Assembly: GCF_028368995.1 (NCBI RefSeq)
Contig: NZ_JAQNDL010000003.1
Location: forward strand, 256,001-320,000
Direction: 5' to 3'
From: Nannocystis bainbridge
GTDB lineage: Bacteria; Myxococcota_A; Polyangia; Nannocystales; Nannocystaceae
Length of the DNA: 64,000 nucleotides
The notes beneath the pieces were generated by a model that worked only from the letters and a program-made list of their open reading frames with translations, had not been told where the DNA came from and did not search any database. Both the position numbers and the translations under genes were made by a program. Shown here piece by piece: positions 7,112 through 17,431 of this stretch (position 1 is its first letter; each line of letters opens with the position of its first letter).

Positions 7112-10072
7112 TCACTTCATCGCATCCGCCACCACCTCGATCGTCGCGCCGCGCCCGAGCCCCAGCTTCACCGCCGTCCCTGCCGGTACTGCTGACATTT
7201 CCTGGAACAGATATCCATTCGCCCCTGTCACGTCCTGCCCATCGACGCTCACGATCTCGTCGCCGATCTGCAGCCCTGCGCGCATCGCCGGCCCGCCCGG
7301 GCGCACCGACCCCACGATCAGCTTCGCCTCGCCCGGCTCCGTCCCCGGGGCAGAGGGCTGCACCCGCAGCCCCAGGTCTCCCGGCGCCTCGTTCTCCGAG
7401 CGGCGCTTCTTGGCGATCCGCAGCGGCGGCAGCTCGACCGACGTAGCTCCTGTCGTCGGCAACTCGAGCGCGATCGACGACCAGCCGTACCCGTTCTCGA
7501 CCCAATCTTTCGGCAGCACCATCGCGTCGACCGGGCCGGCCGCCACCTTCTCGACCTCGAAGCGGCCCTCCGCGTCCGAAGTCTGCCCGCGCGGCGTTTG
7601 GTCGTACGGCGTGAACATCTGCACCTGCCCGCGCGCGCGGATCCGGACCTCCATCCCCGGCACCGGCTGGCTCGACGCGGCGTCGATCACTCGCCCGCGC
7701 ACTGTCAAGAGTGGCAGCAGCTCGATCTGCACCTCCGCCCGGCCGCCCTCGCCCACGCTCGTCTTGGCCGAGCTCGAGCCCTCGGCCGCCTCCACGATCA
7801 CCCTGTAGTCGCCGCGCGGCACCTCCGGGAAGCGAAACACACCACCTGTCCGAAAGAACCTGTCACTGCTGCGCCAGCCCGTGCTCGGCTCGTGCAGCGA
7901 CACCTCGAATTTCTCCGGCGCGCCCCCGCCCTGGATCCGCACCGTCCCGGCGATCGACCCAGCGTCCGCGATCTTGATCTCCACCTCGTTCCCGGTCGCC
8001 ACGTGCTCGACCGAGCCCTCGCCGCCGCCGCGCCGCTGGGCCACCAGCGTGTACTTCCCGTCGCTCAGCCCCGACAGCTCGAAGCGGCCGTCCTGGTCGG
8101 TCAGCTTGCGCGTCTCGGCCCCGAAGAACGACCACCGCGAATCGCGGAGCGCGTCGCCCATCCCTGCCGCCGGGCTGTCGCTCTCGCGCGTCGCCTCGAC
8201 GAACGCGTCCGACAGCGGCCCGCCGGCGGAGTCGACCACGCGCCCGCCGATCCGCCCGTGCTGCGACTCCACCACCAACTGCACCTCGCGCACCTCGCCG
8301 GTCGCGATCGTCACCGCCGTCCCTTGCACATCGTCGTCGGTGGTCCCCGGCGCCTGCAGCGGCACCCAGCCCTGGACCGCCTGCACCCGATACGAGCCCG
8401 CCGGCACCTGCTTCAGGCGGAAGCTGCCGTCGTCGAGCGTGCGCGTCGTCGGCAGCTCCTGCTGCTCCCCGCGCAGCGTCACCTCGACGCCCTTCACTGC
8501 CAGCCCCTCGCTGTCCTTCACCGTCCCGCGCAGCTCGCCCGTCGCCGGCAGCGTCAGCAAGATGTCCTCGAGGTCCTGTCCCGCAGGCAGCTCGACCTCC
8601 AGCGGCGGCTCCGGGCGCGGGTGCTCGTTCGACGACGCGCTCACGCGATAGCGGCCCGGCAGCAGCCCGAGCAGCTCGAAGCGGCCATCGTCCGCCGTGC
8701 GCTCCGACCACGCCCGCGTCGCCTGGGCCCGCGGCGCCGACGGATCGGGCTGCGGCTCGGCGCCGACGTGGAGCCCGCGCGCACCTGTCCCTCCGGACAG
8801 CACCACCCGACCGCGGATCGCCTGGCCCGGCTGCACCTGCCAGCGCAGCCCGCGGATCGCCGCGTCGACCACCGCCACCGGCGCGTACGTCGGCTCCGCC
8901 ACGTACGTGTCGCACTCGACCTGCGGCTCGTACGACCCCGGAAGGACCCCGCGGATCCGCACCAGCCCATCGGCCTCGACCTCGCCCGCGCGCGACCCGA
9001 CCGCCGTGTCGGTGATGCGCACCCACCCTTGCTCGCATGATTCGCCGCCCGCGACCGTGACTGTCCCTTCGACCAGGTACGCCGGATGCGCCCGGATCAC
9101 GATCGGCTCCGAAGTCTCACCCAGCCCCAGCACCGCGCTCTCGGCTCCTACCCCATAGGCCTCGTCGTGGAATGCCTCGAGTCGGTACGCCCCCGGCTTC
9201 AAGCCCTCGATGCGGAAATTGCCGTTCGTATCGCTGATCGCCTCCGCGGAGCTCTCCATGGGTTTCACCGCGAGCACGCTCGCGCCCGCCACCGGCGCCC
9301 CGTCCTCCGCTCGCACCACGCGACCGACCAGCACCGACTCCGGCGTCAACGCGATCTCGAACGTCATCCCTGGCGCCACGCCCATCATCCAGCCGCGCGC
9401 GTAGCCATCGGCGTGCGCCTCGAGGTACGCCTCGCCCGGCGCCACCCACAGCGTGAACCGCCCGTCCGCCCCCGTACGCCCGTGGGCGAAGCCCGACGAC
9501 ACCTGTGCCCCCTCGAGCTCGCCGCCGCTGAGGTCGCGCACCACTCCCTTGAGCTCGACCCCGCCGGCCAATAGCACCACATCGACCTCGCGCGTCTCCT
9601 GCCCCGCGCGCAGCGTCACCAGCGTGCGCGCGCGCTGGCCAGGACCCGCACGATACTGCCCCGGCACATGCCCCGCCGCGCTCGCGTGGACGAATTGTGG
9701 CACCGGCAACAACCCCTCGACGCGATAGCTGCCGTCGCCCGCGCTCGTCGTACACGTGCGATTCGCCTGCTCCTTGCTGTCGAGCCCCGACGCCGAGCTA
9801 CCCACACAAACCGTCGCCCCGCCGATCCCACGACCGTCCGCCTCGCGCACGCGGCCCGAGATCGCCGCCCGGTCCACCAGACGCAGATCGAGCCGCCCCG
9901 GCCCCGCCCCGTCGACGCGCGGACCGTTTGCAAACACCGGCCCACCGCCGTCCGGCGCCTCCTCCGGTCCCGCGACCTCTTCGCGGCCCCGCACCGTCCA
10001 CCACCACCCCAGGAGCAGCGCGATCACCCCGATCGCAGCCGCAGTCACGAACTTCCGTGTCGTTTGGGTCAT
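7112..10072 (-). CDS. Membrane-anchored protein with carboxypeptidase-regulatory-like (Ig) repeats and C-terminal PDZ domain
   Basis: N-terminal TM; repeated I.GRV....G.P..GA.V...TD.DG.F...GL..G.Y units; PDZ LGL...VRPGGPAMRAGLQIGDEIVSVDG. Confidence 0.85.
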   Translation of the reverse strand: MTQTTRKFVTAAAIGVIALLLGWWWTVRGREEVAGPEEAPDGGGPVFANGPRVDGAGPGRLDLRLVDRAAISGRVREADGRGIGGATVCVGSSASGLDSKEQANRTCTTSAGDGSYRVEGLLPVPQFVHASAAGHVPGQYRAGPGQRARTLVTLRAGQETREVDVVLLAGGVELKGVVRDLSGGELEGAQVSSGFAHGRTGADGRFTLWVAPGEAYLEAHADGYARGWMMGVAPGMTFEIALTPESVLVGRVVRAEDGAPVAGASVLAVKPMESSAEAISDTNGNFRIEGLKPGAYRLEAFHDEAYGVGAESAVLGLGETSEPIVIRAHPAYLVEGTVTVAGGESCEQGWVRITDTAVGSRAGEVEADGLVRIRGVLPGSYEPQVECDTYVAEPTYAPVAVVDAAIRGLRWQVQPGQAIRGRVVLSGGTGARGLHVGAEPQPDPSAPRAQATRAWSERTADDGRFELLGLLPGRYRVSASSNEHPRPEPPLEVELPAGQDLEDILLTLPATGELRGTVKDSEGLAVKGVEVTLRGEQQELPTTRTLDDGSFRLKQVPAGSYRVQAVQGWVPLQAPGTTDDDVQGTAVTIATGEVREVQLVVESQHGRIGGRVVDSAGGPLSDAFVEATRESDSPAAGMGDALRDSRWSFFGAETRKLTDQDGRFELSGLSDGKYTLVAQRRGGGEGSVEHVATGNEVEIKIADAGSIAGTVRIQGGGAPEKFEVSLHEPSTGWRSSDRFFRTGGVFRFPEVPRGDYRVIVEAAEGSSSAKTSVGEGGRAEVQIELLPLLTVRGRVIDAASSQPVPGMEVRIRARGQVQMFTPYDQTPRGQTSDAEGRFEVEKVAAGPVDAMVLPKDWVENGYGWSSIALELPTTGATSVELPPLRIAKKRRSENEAPGDLGLRVQPSAPGTEPGEAKLIVGSVRPGGPAMRAGLQIGDEIVSVDGQDVTGANGYLFQEMSAVPAGTAVKLGLGRGATIEVVADAMK

Positions 10073-10548
10073 GTCTGAAAGGTCCTGTCGCAGCCGCCTT
10101 GCACATTTGTCCAGCCCTGGCGTGCCGCAGCACCGCGACCGTATCACGGACTTCATCGCCTGGCTCGCGCACCACGCAGCGCCGCGGTGCGGCCTTCACG
10201 CCTGTCGGCCCCATTCGCCGCTCTCCGCTGCGGCGCAGTCCTCGATCCTCGTCCGCGAGACGGGCAACCGTGCGGCCAATCGACAGACCCGGCATCCGAT
10301 GCCAATGACATCGCGGCCTGACGCGTCACTCCTTCGCACGCATCGCCGAGCATTTTCGCCCGAGCCGTTCGTCCGGCGCTGTATTCGCGGGTAGGCAAGC
10401 GGACAGGAAGCTCATCCGTCGTCCCGCTCGGAACGCCGCTCCCGAGCCGACCGAATCCGCCCGCCGCGAAAATGGATTGATCACCTCGGCGAGGCGGCGC
10501 AAACTAGGCCCAGGCTGGAGCTCTCGTTATCGTGGGGGATGGGCGGCC

Positions 10549-11991
10549 ATGAGTGAAGACATCGATATCCTGCGTCTGCGCGGAACCACATTAAAGGGCA
10601 CGTATGCCCTCGATCGCGCGGTCGCAAGAGGCGGCTTCGGCGTCGTCTATCGCGGCCGCCACCTCTCGCTGCACAAAGAAATCGCCGTCAAGGTGTTCTG
10701 CCCGCTGGCCACTCCCGAGGCCTCCATCGAGCAGGAGGCCATCTCGCACTTCTTCCAGGAGATCAAGATCCTCTCCGCGCTCGAGCACCCGGCGATCGTG
10801 CGACCCTACGACTGCGGGACGATCAGCCTGCCCGAGCGCGGAAACGTGCCGTGGATGGCGCTCGAATGGATCGAGGGCCGCACGCTGGCGGAGCTGTTGC
10901 GCCAAAGCCCGCGCGTCGAGTGGTCCCCGCGCGACGCGCTCGAGCTGTTGAGGCCGGTGATCGAGGCGCTCGCCGAGGCCCACGCCCACGGCATCGCCCA
11001 CCGGGACGTCGCGCCCAACAACATCATCGTGTCTGAATCCGCCCACGGTCGGCGTATTCGTCTGATCGACTTCGGCATCGCCTGTATTCGCCCCGCCTAC
11101 GAGGAGCCCGCGGCGCCGGAGGACGCGCCCACCGGCTCGGTCCTGATCGCCCACTCACCGAAGTACCCCGCCCCCGAGCAATTGCTGCAGCACCGCACGG
11201 GCACCTTCACCGATGTCCACGCGCTCGGGCTCATCCTCTATCACCTGCTCACCGGATACCTGCCCTACCCCAATTCGGCCAGCGACGCGGAGCACGGCGC
11301 CTGCGCCTTGCGAAGGCCGACCCCTGGGCTCGTCGGGCTCGACGTCGGCGCCTGGGAGCCGGTGCTCTCGCGCGCCGTCGCCATCAATCCGCGCGACCGC
11401 TACGCCACCGCCCGCGAGCTGCTGGAAGCGCTCGAGCAGTCGCTCGCCGCCGCCGTGCCCGCGCACGACGAATTCGAGGTGGCCCTGCCCGAGAACTGGC
11501 GCGTGGTCGAGGTGACGCCGTCGACGGTCCCGATCCTGCTCAACACCCCGGAGTTCACGGTGATCTTGCATCCTGTCGCCCTGAGCGCCGGCGAGCTGCG
11601 CCACGGGTTCGAGGTCCCGATCAACGCCGGCCTGTCGTGCAAGCTCGTGCTGCAGCGCTACGCCGAGGTCTCGCTCGCGCTGACGGTCGTCGGCCACCCG
11701 GGCGAGCGGCCCGGGCTCTACTCGAACCCCAACGGGGTCGGCTCGCGCCTCACGCGGGCGATGCTCGACCCGGGCGCCGAGAAGCTCGTCTATTGCGGTC
11801 AGCGGGACTTCGGCCTGCGCGAGGTCATCTGCTACGCCACCCAGGCCAAGCTCGGCGAGCGGCTCTCGATCGACGTCACCCGCCTGAACCTCACCGTCTG
11901 CTTCGCCACGCCGGTGCGTGACTTCATCGTCCTGCAAGTCGACGAACCGGAGCTGGCCCGCGCCCACCTCGCATGTATCGGTATCACCTGA
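10549..11991 (+). CDS. Hanks-type Ser/Thr kinase with unrecognised C-terminal domain, no TM
   Basis: GGFGVVY, IAVK, HRDVAPNN, DFG, PAPEQ, DVHALG. Confidence 0.9.
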   Translation: MSEDIDILRLRGTTLKGTYALDRAVARGGFGVVYRGRHLSLHKEIAVKVFCPLATPEASIEQEAISHFFQEIKILSALEHPAIVRPYDCGTISLPERGNVPWMALEWIEGRTLAELLRQSPRVEWSPRDALELLRPVIEALAEAHAHGIAHRDVAPNNIIVSESAHGRRIRLIDFGIACIRPAYEEPAAPEDAPTGSVLIAHSPKYPAPEQLLQHRTGTFTDVHALGLILYHLLTGYLPYPNSASDAEHGACALRRPTPGLVGLDVGAWEPVLSRAVAINPRDRYATARELLEALEQSLAAAVPAHDEFEVALPENWRVVEVTPSTVPILLNTPEFTVILHPVALSAGELRHGFEVPINAGLSCKLVLQRYAEVSLALTVVGHPGERPGLYSNPNGVGSRLTRAMLDPGAEKLVYCGQRDFGLREVICYATQAKLGERLSIDVTRLNLTVCFATPVRDFIVLQVDEPELARAHLACIGIT

Positions 11992-12006
11992 GAGATCGAC
12001 GACAAC

Positions 12007-13773
12007 ATGGCACAACCGACAGACACCTCCGTGGCGAGGGCCGCCGCGTCCGCGCAAGCGGCCCTCCCTCCCGAGGCCGCGATCAGCCGCGAGACGGTCG
12101 ACTCGCAGCTGCGTTACGCCTTTCGCATGACCCGCAACCGCGGCGGGCTATGGGTCCCCGTGGAGCTCGGTCAGGGCAAGTTCGCCCGCGTGCTGTGTGG
12201 CCAGCAGCAGATCGGCAATCAGCCGGCCCGCAGCGTGGCGATCAAGATCTTGCACAGCCACGCGACGCTGGCCCACGAGCGCCTGTTCTCCACCGAGATC
12301 GCGCACCTGCGCAAGCTGAGCGACGCCGACAACGTCAACGTCCTGCACATCCTCGACGTCCTGCAGCTGCGCCCGCTGGTGCTGTGCGGCTGCGGCAAGG
12401 TCTATCACCCGCGCTGCCCCAATTGCGGGCAGGAGCTGCTGACCCGCGTCGACCTCGACGCGCACCCCGGCCTGCAGTGCAACGCCTGCAAGTACGTGCT
12501 GCCGGCCAATCGCGTCATGGACCGCGTCCAGGAGCTGTCGTCGGCGACCGCCCGCACCTGCTGCCAGGACAAGGCGGTCGAGGGCCGCGGCACGATCATC
12601 AACTTCGTCCACCGCGACGTGATCGTGATGGAGCACCTGACCCTCGGCCTCAAGGACTTCGCCCGCCGCCGCCGCGAAGAGGTGATGGACCAGTGGAAGA
12701 AGAAGGGCGGCGAGACGACCGCCCTGGCCCTGGCCTCGAAGTCCGGCTGGATCGAGCGCATCGGCGCCCTGCTGCCGAAAAAATGGCTGCAGCGCCGCAC
12801 GTCCGAGCTGTTCGAAAAGGCGTTGCTGCTCGAGAAGGTCCTGGCCGTCGTGCAGCTCGTCGAGGGCGTGGCGTGGCTGCACGGCGAGAAGCGCATCATC
12901 CACAAGGACCTCGCGGCCGACAACATCATGGTCCGCTTCTCGGGCATTCGTAACAGCAAGTCCAACTGGCGCGGCGAGCATCGCCCGGAGATGAACGTCA
13001 GCGACATCCTCAACGACCTCACCGGCTACCCCACGTTTCGCACCCTCCTGATCGACTTCGGCCTCGCCGACGAGGCGACGCCCACGCGCTCGTGGTACGA
13101 CGACGACGAGGCCACCGGCCAGAACAAGGGCCCGTTCCTGTCGCCCGAGGCCAAGAACCGGCGCCAGGACGTCGGCCTCGATCAACCGCTCGCCTTCTCG
13201 GCGGAGGACAAGACCTTCGTCATCCCGCCGGAGATGCGCGGCCTGTCGCTGCCGCTCATGCCCGGCGATCTCATCAGCCACTCGCTCGACGAGGAGCACG
13301 TGCACGACCTCAAGATCGAGGCCGTGCTGGACAACGGCAAGGTCGCCAAGTACACCGGCGTCGCCCCCGAGGTCCAGGACTATCGCCGATGCATCGTCGA
13401 ACGGCCCCTGCTCGAACCCCACGACATCTTCGCCCTCGGCGCCCTGTTCTACTTCCTGCTGTCCGAGGACATGACCCGCATGGAGCCGCTGCACGCGCTG
13501 GTCTACACCGCGCAGGAGAAGCGCCGCCCCATCGACATCGGCGCCCTGCGCGGCCTCGACCTCTACCCCGGCGTGCGCAAGGCGATCCGCTCCGCCTTCT
13601 GGCAGGACGAGCTTATCGTCATCATCCTGCGCGCAATGACCCGCGGCCTGCCCGGCAGCTACGCCAAGACCCGCATCGACCGCGGCTGCGAACCAGCGCA
13701 GCGGTTCCTGCTCGAGATCAAGCGCCTTCACCACAAGATCCAGCGCGACATCGTCTCGACGTTCTGGCGGTGA
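12007..13773 (+). CDS. Atypical Ser/Thr kinase with Cys-rich (Zn-ribbon-like) insertion
   Basis: LGQGKFARV, VAIK, HKDLAADN, DFG, SPE, DIFALG; insert CGC...CPNC...CNAC...TCC. Confidence 0.82.
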   Translation: MAQPTDTSVARAAASAQAALPPEAAISRETVDSQLRYAFRMTRNRGGLWVPVELGQGKFARVLCGQQQIGNQPARSVAIKILHSHATLAHERLFSTEIAHLRKLSDADNVNVLHILDVLQLRPLVLCGCGKVYHPRCPNCGQELLTRVDLDAHPGLQCNACKYVLPANRVMDRVQELSSATARTCCQDKAVEGRGTIINFVHRDVIVMEHLTLGLKDFARRRREEVMDQWKKKGGETTALALASKSGWIERIGALLPKKWLQRRTSELFEKALLLEKVLAVVQLVEGVAWLHGEKRIIHKDLAADNIMVRFSGIRNSKSNWRGEHRPEMNVSDILNDLTGYPTFRTLLIDFGLADEATPTRSWYDDDEATGQNKGPFLSPEAKNRRQDVGLDQPLAFSAEDKTFVIPPEMRGLSLPLMPGDLISHSLDEEHVHDLKIEAVLDNGKVAKYTGVAPEVQDYRRCIVERPLLEPHDIFALGALFYFLLSEDMTRMEPLHALVYTAQEKRRPIDIGALRGLDLYPGVRKAIRSAFWQDELIVIILRAMTRGLPGSYAKTRIDRGCEPAQRFLLEIKRLHHKIQRDIVSTFWR

Positions 13774-13779
13774 ACAAGG

Positions 13780-15495
13780 ATGCCTGAGCTGTTCCCGCCG
13801 CCCCTCGGCACCGTCATCGCCGGCCGCTTCGAGCTGCTGGCCCCCCTCCGCGGCGACGCTGCGGTGTTGACATTCCTCGTCAAGGACTCCCAGACCGGCA
13901 AGCGCCGCGCGCTGACGCTGTTCGACCCCGCCCTCGCCACGGCGACGGTCTGGGCTGAATACCACCGCCTGTGGGCCGCCGCGGGGGAGGCCAAAACTTC
14001 GGGTCTGACGCTCCCGCCGCAGGTCCCCGCGACCTCGCCCGAGCCGCCGCACGTCGTCGACGATCCTCCCGCCCATCGCGGCCTCGATCGCCTGCGCACG
14101 CAGGAGGGACGAATCCCCTGGCAACGCGCGCTGACCCTCGGCGAGCGGATCGCCGCCGTCCTGCACGATGCATTCGAAAGGACCGGCGCCGTCCACCGCG
14201 CGCTCACGCCGTCGCGCTGCACCGTCGGCGAGGGCGATACGGTCGAGGTGCTCGACTTCGGGTTCGCGGAGATCGAGCTCGCCGGCGAACAGCCCGAACA
14301 GGTCGAGTACCGCGCCCCGGAGCAGGCGAATCACAAGGGCGACTCACGCAGCGACGTGTTCTCCCTCGCCGCCATTGTTTACGAGCTGATTTGCGGTACC
14401 TGCCCCTCGGCCTCGCCGCCGCTGCTGAGCTCACTCGCCTATGTGCCTCCGGCCGTCGAGCGCCTGCTCGACAGGGCGCTCGCTGCCGATCCCGAGCAAC
14501 GCCCCGCCGACCTCGCCACCATGCGAGCCGCCCTGCGCGAAGCGCTGGGCCTCCCTGCATTGTCGGTGAGCAGGCCAGCGACTCCTGCGAGTCCGCCGCC
14601 GACAGCCTCGCCGGCGGGGGCCAACGATTCACGCCTCGAGTCGCCGTCCACCCACCGACCCGAGCCCCAGCCAGTCACCCCGAGCCCCAAGCCCTCTCCC
14701 GTGCCTGTGTCGCGTCCGCTCGCGAATCGGGCCGCGCCGCACAAGTCGGTGCAGAGCCCGCGAGCGAACCTCTCCCGGCAACAACAAGCCACCGACGATC
14801 CACCCAACGATCGAACCGCACGACTCCCGCCGAGGCCGGCCCAGCAAGACACCACCCTGGTCCTCTCCAACAACGAGGAGGCCCCCACCGAGCGCGTGCC
14901 AATCTTCAGCGCGCGGCCCAGCCGACCGGCCGAACCTTTCGGCGAGCGAACCGAGGTCTTTCAAAAACGACTCAACCACGTACCGCCTGAGGAGCGCACC
15001 GAAAAGCTCCCCGCAAGCGCCTCAGCCCCCGATCGAACCGAGGTCCTGAGCCCCTCGCCCGCCGGACAGCCATCGCCCCTTCCCGACCGAACCGAAGTTT
15101 TGAGCCCCCGGCCTGCACGAGAATCGTCACCGCCTCCTGGCCGATCTGAACCGCGGGCCGACCCTCGTCTCGCCGCAGATCCTCGCCCGCAGCCGAGGTC
15201 GCCCATGGAGGGTGATGAAGAGAGGACTGCCGTCATGGTTCGAAACCGAGGCCCGGTCATCCAGGCCCCGCCGTCTTCGCTCGAACCAACGATCGGGGCC
15301 ATTCGCGTCCACAGGCCCAACCCGCCTCGGCAAGCTCAAGCGTCACAGGGCGACCGCCCCTCTCCGCCGAGCGCCGAGCCCTCCTCTCCCCAGATGCCGC
15401 CCTCAAACGAATTTTTGCGGACGACCCTGCTCAAGGTCAACCTCGTGCTCGTCCTCCTGCTCCTGGTCGGCCTCATCGTCTGGGCGCTGGCATGA
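13780..15495 (+). CDS. Pseudokinase with Pro-rich linker and C-terminal TM helix
   Basis: Kinase fold motifs DFG, YRAPEQ, SDVFSL, but no Gly loop, VAIK replaced by RALT, HRD replaced by HRA; C-terminal LVLVLLLLVGLIVWAL. Confidence 0.8.
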   Translation: MPELFPPPLGTVIAGRFELLAPLRGDAAVLTFLVKDSQTGKRRALTLFDPALATATVWAEYHRLWAAAGEAKTSGLTLPPQVPATSPEPPHVVDDPPAHRGLDRLRTQEGRIPWQRALTLGERIAAVLHDAFERTGAVHRALTPSRCTVGEGDTVEVLDFGFAEIELAGEQPEQVEYRAPEQANHKGDSRSDVFSLAAIVYELICGTCPSASPPLLSSLAYVPPAVERLLDRALAADPEQRPADLATMRAALREALGLPALSVSRPATPASPPPTASPAGANDSRLESPSTHRPEPQPVTPSPKPSPVPVSRPLANRAAPHKSVQSPRANLSRQQQATDDPPNDRTARLPPRPAQQDTTLVLSNNEEAPTERVPIFSARPSRPAEPFGERTEVFQKRLNHVPPEERTEKLPASASAPDRTEVLSPSPAGQPSPLPDRTEVLSPRPARESSPPPGRSEPRADPRLAADPRPQPRSPMEGDEERTAVMVRNRGPVIQAPPSSLEPTIGAIRVHRPNPPRQAQASQGDRPSPPSAEPSSPQMPPSNEFLRTTLLKVNLVLVLLLLVGLIVWALA

Positions 15496-15504
15496 CCGTC
15501 GAGG

Positions 15505-17169
15505 TCACGGACGTACGAGCAGCAGGAACGAATCGTACGCCTGTTTGGACGCCCCCTGGTGCTCGTCATCGGTTCCGACCTCGACGCTGTCCTCTCCCAC
15601 CGCGAGCTCGCCGATGCCGCGCGCATAACCGAGGAACACGACCGCGCTGTCGTTGGCAGTGACGTACGTGGCCCCGCTCTTCTGCGTATCGGACGTGTGC
15701 TTGGCGCGAACATGCCACGTCACTTGTGACGACAGCGACAACGGGAGCCGCGCGGCGAAGAACGTCTGATTCAGCGAAGTAAGCTGCAGATTCCGAATGT
15801 CGATAGTCTTGTCGAAACGACCGGCAAGGTAGAATTCCGAGGGGCCGGCCGGCTCGACGCCGAACAGGTACCCGCTGCCCCAGATCGTCGGGAACCACTC
15901 GGCGTGCGTGCAGGAGCCGCCGCCGTCGAGCGCAGCCCAGGCGAAGGACAAGCCGCCGGGGAGCTCGGCCGGACTCACCATCCCGCACGTCCCCAATGCC
16001 TCCGCGGATCCGCCGGTGGCGAGGGCCGTCAGGATCTTCTGGTCGGAAACGGCGGTGTCGAGCACGACCTCGTTGTTGCTTTCGCTGCCGAACACGCGGC
16101 ACCAGTTCCACCGCGTTTCGGCCGACGCCCAATCTGCCGGATCTCGGCTGACCTCGGCGACGAACCCGTGGCGATTATTGACGACTCCGCCGTCGCACGG
16201 TCCCCACTCTGCGGCCGCCGTCGGATCCTCCGGGATCAGCACGGTCCCCCCGAGGATCATCGTCGGTTCACCGGGACGCAGCGTCAGACTGCGAGCAGTT
16301 GTATTGCGGCCGAGTTCGCCGGAGCCTCCACCGACGCAGTGCGACTCCTCGGGCAGACTCAGCGAGGTATTGAACTTCGACAGCAGAATCCCTGTCGGTT
16401 TCAAGGGAGTCGGGGCGTAGCACATGCCCGCGACGAACACCTCGTCCCCGTCGACCGCGATGTCCATCCCGGCCGCGGCCTCAGCGTTCAGCAACACCCC
16501 TTTCAACGGCTGCCCGTCAGCGTCGAAGCTGACCACGAACGCGGCCTCCGGCATCGACGGCTTCAGGCTGACCGTCGAGAACGAGACCGATCCGCGCAGC
16601 CGACCCGTGATGTAAGCGCCTCCGGCGTCGGCAGCGATCGCTAACCGGTACTGCTCCGGCTTGTACTCCTCGAGCGCGAGGTCCGTGCTCTGGCCGTGTC
16701 GTGCCCATTGGAGTTTACCGTCCGGACAGAACTTGTAGACGAACGGCACCTGCGTGTCGGAAGTCGCCATCGTACTGCCATCGAGCAGGAGCTCGCGGTC
16801 GAACTGCCCGACCACGTAGATGTTCCCCTGTGGGTCGAGCGCCGCCCCGTGGAGCACCTGCGAGCGGGCTCCCGAGAACTTGACGAGCCGGATCAGGCTG
16901 CCCGACTCGCCTGGCGCCGGAGCGCCACACCCCCCCTCGTCGGGTCCCGCCGTCGTGTCGGACGCCGCCGAAGTCACGTCCCCCGTGGTCTCGGTCGACC
17001 CGGTACTCGTCGCACTCGACGTGGGCGTCGAACCGGTCGACTCGCTCCCCTTCGAGGTCGTCGTCGCGCCGCCCTGACTGTCCGAGATACCGTAGGTATC
17101 GAGAGTACATGCGCAAAACAGCGCGAGGTGGCTCCCCACGAGCGGACGCACCCGACGGCGGAATCGCAT
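15505..17169 (-). CDS. Lipoprotein with Thr/Ser stalk and beta-propeller-like (SBBP-like) repeats
   Basis: Lipobox-like LFCAC; repeats such as AALDPQGNIYVVGQF, IAADAGGAYITG, IAVDGDEVFVAG. Confidence 0.65.
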   Translation of the reverse strand: MRFRRRVRPLVGSHLALFCACTLDTYGISDSQGGATTTSKGSESTGSTPTSSATSTGSTETTGDVTSAASDTTAGPDEGGCGAPAPGESGSLIRLVKFSGARSQVLHGAALDPQGNIYVVGQFDRELLLDGSTMATSDTQVPFVYKFCPDGKLQWARHGQSTDLALEEYKPEQYRLAIAADAGGAYITGRLRGSVSFSTVSLKPSMPEAAFVVSFDADGQPLKGVLLNAEAAAGMDIAVDGDEVFVAGMCYAPTPLKPTGILLSKFNTSLSLPEESHCVGGGSGELGRNTTARSLTLRPGEPTMILGGTVLIPEDPTAAAEWGPCDGGVVNNRHGFVAEVSRDPADWASAETRWNWCRVFGSESNNEVVLDTAVSDQKILTALATGGSAEALGTCGMVSPAELPGGLSFAWAALDGGGSCTHAEWFPTIWGSGYLFGVEPAGPSEFYLAGRFDKTIDIRNLQLTSLNQTFFAARLPLSLSSQVTWHVRAKHTSDTQKSGATYVTANDSAVVFLGYARGIGELAVGEDSVEVGTDDEHQGASKQAYDSFLLLVRP

Positions 17170-17431
17170 ACGGCGGCCAGGATACACCAGCGCCACCCGT
17201 GGTCCATGGTCCGGCACCGGCGGCTTCGGTCGGCCGTGATCTCGGAAATTTACCCGCGGTCGGCGCCCATTCGACAATCCTTCCTCCGCTCTGCCGCATG
17301 CCGCAGGCGCGCCCGGACGGCCCCCTCGTTCCTCATCGCCATGCGGTGAGGTCGCATGTAGCGCCGTTCATCTTTCCGCATCCGCCGACGCTCTGGAGAG
17401 GGACCGCTCGTGCCCGCTACACTGTCGGCCG

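Noticed and set aside
7193-7216. Further weak 14-bp motif copies (7193, 8558, 52461)
   Set aside because: Too degenerate or single units; not counted without a PWM test.
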